This document shows positions 41,357-48,248 of a DNA stretch of 48,248 nt, piece after piece. Position 1 is the stretch's first letter; each line of letters begins with the position of its first letter. Under the pieces are notes generated by a model, which saw only the letters and a program-made list of their open reading frames with translations, searched no databases and was not told where the DNA came from. Both the position numbers and the translations under genes were made by a program. The DNA is from Sumerlaeia bacterium (GTDB taxonomy: Bacteria > Sumerlaeota > Sumerlaeia > SLMS01 > JAHLLQ01): the NCBI GenBank assembly GCA_040219255.1, contig JAVJSW010000075.1, positions 1 to 48,248 on the forward strand. Reading direction: 5' to 3'.

Positions 41357-42667
41357 ATGCTTCGTATTTGTGCGGTTCTGCTCTTCACGTTGTTCAGCCT
41401 GCCCCTCTGGGCGGCGGAGGCCACGGTGAAGCTGAGCCCAAGCCTGGAGATCGAGATGGCCGGGCGGACGCTGCGCTCGACGCTCAACGCCTGGAAAGAC
41501 GCCGGCGCGTCGGCCCTCCCGGTCGAGTGGGAGCCGGTGGCGCTGCGCCAGGGCCAGAACCTGCAACTCGCCACCGGGGCCTTTCTCGTGATGCTGGAAG
41601 GCACCGCTGAGCAAGCCCGCGTCCTGGCGGTGGACGCGGACGGCGGCGACACGGTGGAGCTGAAGCTGGGCGAGGAAGCCTCCGCCGGGCCGTTACGGAT
41701 GATTTACACGGGTGCGCCGTCGGCCGTGCGGCCCTACGGCGAGTTCCTGATCCGGGCCAAGGAAGAGCCGAAGCGCTTCGCCGACAACAAGAAGCGCCCC
41801 GGCGAGACGACCCGCATTGTGCCGCTGCCGGAAGAACACGGGTTCACGATCAGCGGCTCCGACCCGGACGCGGTGGCGTTCGCGGAAAATTTCCTCTGGC
41901 AACTGAACGCGGGAAAGAGCGCCCAGGACGCGGCGGAAGCCGCCTGGGCCGAGTTTCCGCCGAAGCGCGCGGCGTCGCTGGCGCGGACCGCCGGCGCGCC
42001 TCAAGCCCCGGCCCATCGCGAACCCAGCCTTTACCGCGACCCGGTGAACGCCTTCGGCACGGAAGGCCTGCCGGACGATCTGCCGTTCGCGGCGAAGGTG
42101 ACGCTGACCCTCGTGCGCGGCGAAGAGCAGGCCCTCAAAGAACTGAGCAGCGCCGTGGCCTACGACAGCGCGGGCCGCGCCACCGATCGCCCCCGCGTCC
42201 GCGCCAGCGGCGGCGGCGAAGGCGCGGAAGTGGAAATCGGCGAACCGGGCGACCGGTTCCGGGGCAAGCTGCGGGCCCTGGAAGCCAACAAGCAGGTGGA
42301 AATCAACGGCGAAACCTTTGTCCACGTGCCGCTCGGCGGGGAAGCGAGCTTCCGCTTCAACGGCCCCAACGGCGGCGTGGACGGCATCCTCTTCGCCAAG
42401 CGATCCGGCGCCGAGAGCGTCGTGCTGGAGGTGGATCAGGAAGGCGGCGACTGGAGTTTCCTCGGCGCGGTTCGGACCCAGGCACGCCTGCGACAGGGTC
42501 AGACCATCCAACTGGCTAAGAATACCTCGACCCGCACCGAGCGCCAGGAAAGCCAGGCGCCGATCCTCGGGGGCATTCCCTATGTGGGGCCGCTCTTCGG
42601 CAACGAGCGCACCACCACCGACAACCGCAGTTACGTGCTCTTTGCCACCATGGAGTTCGATTCCTGA
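41357..42667 (+). CDS. Exported protein with degenerate secretin-like C-terminal domain
   Basis: Signal peptide (LWA|AE); C-terminal TQARLRQGQTI…APILGGIPYVGPLF…YVLFAT matches the secretin signature (vPhLgdIPhhGxLF). Confidence 0.65.
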   Translation: MLRICAVLLFTLFSLPLWAAEATVKLSPSLEIEMAGRTLRSTLNAWKDAGASALPVEWEPVALRQGQNLQLATGAFLVMLEGTAEQARVLAVDADGGDTVELKLGEEASAGPLRMIYTGAPSAVRPYGEFLIRAKEEPKRFADNKKRPGETTRIVPLPEEHGFTISGSDPDAVAFAENFLWQLNAGKSAQDAAEAAWAEFPPKRAASLARTAGAPQAPAHREPSLYRDPVNAFGTEGLPDDLPFAAKVTLTLVRGEEQALKELSSAVAYDSAGRATDRPRVRASGGGEGAEVEIGEPGDRFRGKLRALEANKQVEINGETFVHVPLGGEASFRFNGPNGGVDGILFAKRSGAESVVLEVDQEGGDWSFLGAVRTQARLRQGQTIQLAKNTSTRTERQESQAPILGGIPYVGPLFGNERTTTDNRSYVLFATMEFDS

Positions 42668-42669
42668 CC

Positions 42670-43857
42670 GTGAAGCCGCCGCGCCGCCCGATCTATCTCG
42701 ATTCCCACGCCACCACGCCGATGGACCCGCGGGTGCTCGAGGCGATGCTCCCCTGCTTCACCGAGCATTTCGGCAACGCCAGCAGCGACAGCCATCCCTA
42801 TGGCGAAGACGCCGCCGAAGCGGTGGAGCGTGCCCGCGAGACGGTGGCGGGGGCGCTGGGCGCGCAGCCGCGGGAAATCGTCTTCACCAGCGGCGCCACG
42901 GAAGCCAACGCCCTCGCCATTCTGGGCGCCACGGCGGCCCAGCGGGACAAATCGCGCCGCAAGGTCATCACCGCCGCCACCGAGCACAAGGCGGTGCTGG
43001 ACCCCGTGCGGCGGCTCGAGCGCGAGGGCTGGGACGTGGTGATCCTGCCAGTGGGCGCGGACGGGTTGCTGGATTTGGATGCTCTGGCTAAGGAACTCGA
43101 CGAGCGCACCGCCCTCGTCAGCGTCATGCATGGCAACAACGAAACCGGCGTCCTCCAGGATATCGCGGCCATCGGCGCGCTCTGCGAGGCCGCAGGGGCA
43201 GTTTTCCACACCGACGCGACCCAGACGGCGGGAAAGCTGCCGCTCGACTTGGGGGCGATGCCGGTGGGTTTGCTGTCCTGCTCGGCCCACAAGGTTTATG
43301 GCCCGAAAGGGGTGGGCGCGCTGTACGTGCGCAAGTCGCGGCCCCGCGTCAGGCTGGAACCCCTCGTCACTGGCGGTGGCCAGGAGCGAGGCCTGCGCGG
43401 CGGAACGCTGAACACGCCTGGGATTGTTGGCTTTGCGAAGGCGCTGGAGTTGGCCGTGAGGGGACGAGAGGCGGAGCGGGTGCGTGTCGCGGCGCTCCGC
43501 GATCAGCTCCGGGACCGGCTCTTTGCCGAACTCGACGAGTTGCGCGAGAACGGCGCGGGGGCGCCGCGTATGGCCCATTCCCTATCGGTGACATTCCGCT
43601 ATGTGGACGCCACGGCGCTGATGAATCACTTGCGCGAGGTCATCGCCGTGTCCAGCGGCAGCGCGTGCAGCAGCCGCGACCCAGAGCCGAGCCATGTGCT
43701 GCTGGCGATGGGGCTGACCGCAGAGGAGGCACGGTCGACGCTTCGGTTCGGATTGAGCCGATTCACGACGGATGACGATGTGGAAACAGCCGCCGGGGCG
43801 CTGATCGCGGCGGCGCGGGAGCTGAGAGCCCACTCGCCGCTGTACTCGATGCGGTGA
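42670..43857 (+). CDS. iscS: Cysteine desulfurase, IscS/NifS class I
   Basis: IYLDSHATTP, FGNASS, FTSGATEAN, EHKAV, NNETG, HTDATQ, SAHKVYGPKG, GGGQERGLRGGT, catalytic SSGSACSS. Confidence 0.93.
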   Translation: MKPPRRPIYLDSHATTPMDPRVLEAMLPCFTEHFGNASSDSHPYGEDAAEAVERARETVAGALGAQPREIVFTSGATEANALAILGATAAQRDKSRRKVITAATEHKAVLDPVRRLEREGWDVVILPVGADGLLDLDALAKELDERTALVSVMHGNNETGVLQDIAAIGALCEAAGAVFHTDATQTAGKLPLDLGAMPVGLLSCSAHKVYGPKGVGALYVRKSRPRVRLEPLVTGGGQERGLRGGTLNTPGIVGFAKALELAVRGREAERVRVAALRDQLRDRLFAELDELRENGAGAPRMAHSLSVTFRYVDATALMNHLREVIAVSSGSACSSRDPEPSHVLLAMGLTAEEARSTLRFGLSRFTTDDDVETAAGALIAAARELRAHSPLYSMR

Positions 43858-43875
43858 GGTGCGCGGGCGCGGCCG

Positions 43876-44682
43876 TTACCGCGGCGATTGCACCTCGACC
43901 TCGTAAATCCAAAGCTCGCCCGATTCCATGACGCTCTGCGAGAAAAGCCGGCCCACGTCGTTGAGCTTCACGACAGTGGAATTCAAGTCCTGAAGGTCGG
44001 GCCGCGAGCGGTTGGGAAAGAGTCCGTAGGTCAGCATCACGTTCATGTCTTCGCTGGAGGAGTCGCGCCGGTCCTGATCGAAGACCTGGCCCACCTCGCC
44101 GGAGAGCTTGCCCGGCCGGGCGTCCACGAGGCCGAAGAAAATCGCCTGGCGCTTGCCGACACTGAGGGTCTTGCCGCGGCGCGAACCGTGCAACTCCGTG
44201 AACTCCACCAGTCCCACCACGGCGATCGTTTCGCCATCGCCATGGGCGGCGGCGGCTTCCATCAAGGCGTCGCTCAAGAGCACCGGCCCGTTGACGCGAT
44301 AGCGGGCCGTCGGGTTCGAACGGGGCGTCAGGCCGACAATGAAGTTAGCCAGGATGGTCTGATTGACGATCTTCGCCTTGCCGATGCCATCGCCCGAGAG
44401 GGCGTAGTAATCGCCCAGGGCGAGGATCTCCGAGTTCTGCGAGTCGAAGGGCTGATCGACTTCGCCGATGCCCTGGGCGAACTGGTAATACCCCGCGGGG
44501 ACCTTGGCCTGGTCACCGCCGGCGAACAAGCCGCCCTCGATTCGGTTGATATCGCCGGCCACAATGGCACGCGACACGCTGTCCGATTCTTCCGTCAGTA
44601 CAATGCCCCGCCGGCTGCAACCCGCGGCGCAAACGGCCAGGGCCAACAAAATCCACGAAGCTCGAAATATCCTGTTCGACAT
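43876..44682 (-). CDS. Hypothetical lipoprotein
   Basis: MSNRIFRASWILLALAVCAAGC lipobox. The real gene is the 3' part of track ORF 43876..45393. Faint, unverified resemblance to an acetolactate-decarboxylase-like fold. Confidence 0.65.
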   Translation of the reverse strand: MSNRIFRASWILLALAVCAAGCSRRGIVLTEESDSVSRAIVAGDINRIEGGLFAGGDQAKVPAGYYQFAQGIGEVDQPFDSQNSEILALGDYYALSGDGIGKAKIVNQTILANFIVGLTPRSNPTARYRVNGPVLLSDALMEAAAAHGDGETIAVVGLVEFTELHGSRRGKTLSVGKRQAIFFGLVDARPGKLSGEVGQVFDQDRRDSSSEDMNVMLTYGLFPNRSRPDLQDLNSTVVKLNDVGRLFSQSVMESGELWIYEVEVQSPR

Positions 44683-44838
44683 ATCCATTCCCTGCACTCT
44701 AGGGTATCTCTTCGAGGCCGAAGGATGGGAGCAGCCGCGCCCGGACCGCAACGTTTTCTTCGCGGCGAGCAGCGTTCCATCGCCCCGCCCCCGGCACGAC
44801 CGACCCTTCACCGATGCCCCTTTGGAGGCACAACCGCG

Positions 44839-45438
44839 ATGACCACGACCCTGAGAATCGAAGTGGACCGTGCGCTCCACGAACCCGTCCAACTGACCTT
44901 CGACGTCCCACCCGCCGATTTCGAGCTGACCGATGACCCCGAGTTCGAATTCCACGACCCCGTCGTCGGCGACATCACTGCCAAGAAAGTCGGCGCCGAC
45001 AGTCTTCTCGTCTCCGGCACCGTTCGCACCGTCGCCTCCGCCGGATGCGTGCGATGCCTCCATGCCCTGCGCCTCCCCGTCAACCTCTCGGTGAATCTGA
45101 TCTTTACCCGCGAACCGGCCGATCCCCGGGAAATGGAAGGGGACGACGAAACCAATTTCTTCACCGGTGAATATATCTATCCCGCGGAACGCCTCCGCGA
45201 GGAGCTGATCCTTGCCCTTCCCCACCTGCCAGCCTGCGAACTCGAAGACAGCAACTTCTGCCCCATCCGCCAGGAACGCATCCCGCCCATGAGCTTTGGC
45301 GCCGAGGAAGCACCCGCCCCCGAGCCCGAACCGGCCAACGCGCCCCAAGATGCAGCCAAGAGCGCGACCAAGAACGCCAGTTGGCAATCGCAACTGGCCA
45401 ACGTGCGCAAGCGCCTGGAGGACGGCCAGGGCGCGTGA
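44839..45438 (+). CDS. yceD: YceD/DUF177 family metal-binding protein
   Basis: GGAGG RBS + ATG 44839; V.G.V…CVRCL, LREELILALP..P.C….CP and terminal W..L motifs. Confidence 0.85.
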   Translation: MTTTLRIEVDRALHEPVQLTFDVPPADFELTDDPEFEFHDPVVGDITAKKVGADSLLVSGTVRTVASAGCVRCLHALRLPVNLSVNLIFTREPADPREMEGDDETNFFTGEYIYPAERLREELILALPHLPACELEDSNFCPIRQERIPPMSFGAEEAPAPEPEPANAPQDAAKSATKNASWQSQLANVRKRLEDGQGA

Positions 45439-47195
45439 TCGAACTCGAAGGCGTCAGCAAACGGTTCCGCCTCTACCGCAAGCCCCTCGACCGCATCAGC
45501 GACTGGATGGGCTGGCGGGCGCGGTATCAGGACTTCTGGGCGCTGAGCGGCATCGATCTGCGCGTGCCCAGCGGCCGCGCCTTTGGCATCGTCGGCCCGA
45601 ACGGCGCCGGCAAATCGACATTGCTGAAAATCATCACAGGAACCCTGATCCCCACCGCCGGCGACGTCCGTGTCGAGGGCCGCGTGGCCGCCCTGCTGGA
45701 GCTGGGCACGGGCTTTCACGGCGAGTTCACGGGCCGCCAGAACATCTGGATCAACGGCCAGTTGCTCGGCCTCTCGCACGATGAAATCGCCGAGCAGGAG
45801 CGCGACATCATCGCCTTCAGCGAACTCGGCCGCTTCATCGATCAACCACTTCGCACCTACTCCAGCGGCATGGTCGTGCGGCTGGGATTCAGCGTGGCCG
45901 CCGCGACGAACCCGGACGTCCTGATTATCGACGAAGCGCTTTCCGTGGGCGATGCGCGCTTCGCCCAGAAGTGTATCCGCCGCATCCGCCAATTCCGCGA
46001 GAACGGCGCCACGATCCTTTTCGTCAGCCACGACCCCAACGCCGTGCTGGCGCTGTGCGACGAGGCGGTGCTGCTGGACCAGGGCCAGATCGCCAACCGC
46101 GGCACCCCGAGCGACGTGCTGGAGCACTACAACGCGCTGCTCGCCACCCGGGGCGCGGGCAACGTGGAGATGTCGGTACGCTGGGCCAGCTCCAGCGACG
46201 CGGACCGCTCGGCCCCGAGGCGCTCCGGCACCTTTCAGGCGCTCATCACCGGCCTTGATGTGCTCGACGACCACGGCGATCCCGCCGAGGTCTTCGCCGT
46301 CGGCGCCACGATGCGGCTGCGAATCCGAGCCGTCAGCCTGGCGCCGATCTCGAACCCGACCATCGGCTTCCTGATCCGAGACCGCCTGGGAATGGACGTT
46401 TTTGGAACCAACACGGCCCGCATGGGGCTGGAGTTGGGGGATTTTTCGCCGGGCGAGGCGGTGACGCTGACCTGCCGTGTGCCGCTCGATATCGGCGATG
46501 GCGACTATTCGATCACTGTGGCGATTCACAGTGAGGACACGCACCTGGAGGATTGCTACGACTGGACCGACAACGGTGCGGCCTTTCGCGTGGTGCCGGT
46601 GGAAGAAAAGGACTGGCACGGCGTCGCCCACCTGAAGCCTATCCTGCAAGCTATCCGTGACCCGCAGACGCCCGGCGCGCTCTCCGCCGCCCTCGCCCAG
46701 GTTTTCCCCTCCGCCCCCGACCCCCTCTCGGCGCAGCCCGAACCCGGCGCCCCGAACCCGTTTCTCAGCGGCTTCTTCTCCATCGAGGGTCACGACCCGC
46801 CCCTGCGCTGGACCGGCCCCCGCGCGACCTTTGTGATGGCGCCCCGGGCGCCCCGGCTCGCCCTCGCCCTTGGCATTCATGGCCGGGAAGCGGGAGCCGC
46901 GCTCACCGTCCGCCTCGCCGTGGCGGTCACCGGCTGGGAGCAAGAGTGGACCGCCACCGAGGAGCTAAGCGTCCTGACCGCCGAACTGCCCCCTGATTCC
47001 GTGGGGGCGCCGGTCCTGTTCGAACTCTCCATTGATCCGCCCTTCGTTCCGGGGGATGAAGGGGACGCAGGCAATCCGCCGCGAACCCTGGGCGCCGCGT
47101 TCTATGGCGCCCGGACCCTGGACGAATGGGAGACCGCCCCCGAATGGCCCGCTATGATTCAGAGCTGTTGCTCCAGAACATCGAACGCCACTTGA
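45435..47195 (+). CDS. wzt: Polysaccharide ABC exporter ATP-binding protein with Wzt C-terminal domain plus an extra domain
   Basis: VSKRF, FWAL, GIVGPNGAGKSTLL, LLELGTGF, YSSGMVVRLGFS, DEALSVGD, VSHD; Wzt_C (IGFLIRDRLGMDVFGTNT, GDYSI). GTG start overlaps the yceD stop. Confidence 0.9.
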   Translation: MIELEGVSKRFRLYRKPLDRISDWMGWRARYQDFWALSGIDLRVPSGRAFGIVGPNGAGKSTLLKIITGTLIPTAGDVRVEGRVAALLELGTGFHGEFTGRQNIWINGQLLGLSHDEIAEQERDIIAFSELGRFIDQPLRTYSSGMVVRLGFSVAAATNPDVLIIDEALSVGDARFAQKCIRRIRQFRENGATILFVSHDPNAVLALCDEAVLLDQGQIANRGTPSDVLEHYNALLATRGAGNVEMSVRWASSSDADRSAPRRSGTFQALITGLDVLDDHGDPAEVFAVGATMRLRIRAVSLAPISNPTIGFLIRDRLGMDVFGTNTARMGLELGDFSPGEAVTLTCRVPLDIGDGDYSITVAIHSEDTHLEDCYDWTDNGAAFRVVPVEEKDWHGVAHLKPILQAIRDPQTPGALSAALAQVFPSAPDPLSAQPEPGAPNPFLSGFFSIEGHDPPLRWTGPRATFVMAPRAPRLALALGIHGREAGAALTVRLAVAVTGWEQEWTATEELSVLTAELPPDSVGAPVLFELSIDPPFVPGDEGDAGNPPRTLGAAFYGARTLDEWETAPEWPAMIQSCCSRTSNAT

Positions 47196-48248
47196 GCAAT
47201 CGCGACGACTCCTCACCGCCGCTCGATCCGGCCACCGGCGAGCCCACGCGCGATGCCCACGCGCCATCGCCCGGTGGCGCGGGCGGCGCTTCCCCGGCCA
47301 CCGATGCCAGTGCCAATCCCATGGCCCGCTCCGCCGACCCGATGCGCATGTCCGTGCTCCAGACGTTGAACGTCTCCGTGCTGCCGGATATGCGCCGCCA
47401 CTTCAGCGTCTCCAAATCCCCCAAAGGTTCGCGCCTCGGTTGGTTCAAGAACCTGCTGCTGGCCATCATGCGCCCCTTCGCCGGGCGCCAGGAAAGCTAC
47501 AATTATCAGGCGATTTGCGCCCTGGAAGTCATCGGCCAGCACCTCGACATGGTCCAGCGCCGCCTCCTCAACATTGAGAACCTGGTCGATCAGCGCCACG
47601 ACGAGCTGGGCATCCAGCTCTCCGGCCTTTCCAGCAATGTCCAACTGGTCAACGAAATCGTCGAGAAGGGCGGCACACCGTCGGGCGGCACACCCTTCGG
47701 ACCCTTGCACTCGCGCGTCGATACGATGCAGCAGCAGCTCGCCGAACTGAGCAACCGCACCCATTCGGTCCGCGAAGAAGCGATGACGCAGATCAAGTCG
47801 ATCTGGGAATCGGTGGAAAAGCTCGATATCCGGTTCGATACCCTGCCCGCCGAGAGTGTGGGCGCGAAGACGCCGGAGGATGGCGGCAAGAAAGCCAAAC
47901 TCACGGAAGCCCAGGCCCTTCAGCAAGCCATCGCCAATCTCGGCGAACGCATCCGCCAGGTCCGCGCCGAGTCCATGGATTCCATCAAAGCCATCTGGGA
48001 AGCCATGCCCGAGCGCGACAAGCAGCTCGCCGCCAACGTCGAAGCGGTGCAGGCGCTGCATACCAAAGCGGGTGGCCTGGAAGCGGAACTGCGCGAGGCC
48101 AAGGCCCGGCTCCTGGTCGCCATCGAGCAGCAGACCATGATGCTCGACGAAATGGAAAACGCCCCCGCCGCGCCCCGCCGTGCCGCCGCGCCCGCGCCCG
48201 CCGCCACGGCCCCTCTGGTGGTGGACATGCCCGCCGAAGAACCCCCCG
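47192..48248 (+). CDS. Coiled-coil protein, partial (possibly the N-terminus of a polysaccharide chain-terminating methyltransferase)
   Basis: Open frame from a TTG overlapping the wzt stop to the window end: …GWFKNLLLAIMRPFAGRQESYN… followed by heptad-rich helices. Function inferred from its position after wzt. Confidence 0.65.
   Translation, partial: MSNRDDSSPPLDPATGEPTRDAHAPSPGGAGGASPATDASANPMARSADPMRMSVLQTLNVSVLPDMRRHFSVSKSPKGSRLGWFKNLLLAIMRPFAGRQESYNYQAICALEVIGQHLDMVQRRLLNIENLVDQRHDELGIQLSGLSSNVQLVNEIVEKGGTPSGGTPFGPLHSRVDTMQQQLAELSNRTHSVREEAMTQIKSIWESVEKLDIRFDTLPAESVGAKTPEDGGKKAKLTEAQALQQAIANLGERIRQVRAESMDSIKAIWEAMPERDKQLAANVEAVQALHTKAGGLEAELREAKARLLVAIEQQTMMLDEMENAPAAPRRAAAPAPAATAPLVVDMPAEEPP

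Noticed and set aside
43876-45438. Overlapping 505-aa and 516-aa ORFs on opposite strands
   Set aside because: Each is a real short gene (lipoprotein; yceD) extended by the shadow of the other; RBS and motifs support the shorter starts.

Overview
GC-rich bacterial chromosomal window; the diderm gene content and style suggest a PVC-adjacent lineage such as Candidatus Sumerlaeota (inference only). From left to right: the left end of a probable IS66 element (1-139) interrupts a giant secreted multidomain gene on the minus strand (~11035 to 140, about 3600 codons, one -1 frameshift near 9753). Its domains are CBM3-like, choice-of-anchor A, tandem-95/Big_9 repeats, a beta-propeller, five PKD-like+LamG modules and an RHS-proximal segment; most of it is missing from the ORF track because the frame runs off the window. 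Then come tRNA-Leu(CAG), moeA, a ~410-nt highly structured intergenic element with its own candidate promoter and terminator (candidate novel ncRNA, 12925-13340), and groESL under an apparent sigma-54 promoter. A 14-kb envelope/pilus-flavoured cluster follows: a primase-type CHC2 zinc finger fused to ~1400 aa of TPR, a degenerate glycoside-hydrolase-like protein, PilT/PilU, a DUF3800 pseudo-nuclease, PBP2, a FimV-like protein with Thr-motif repeats, and an M15 pseudo-peptidase. The rest holds a PAS-HisKA protein without an ATPase domain, several hypotheticals, VanZ-like and PHP proteins, a membrane Ser/Thr kinase with a Cache-like sensor convergent on an orphan sugar-binding protein, a minimal secretin-like protein, a cysteine desulfurase, yceD, wzt and a partial coiled-coil gene. 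All calls were made by eye from the sequence; no searches were run.
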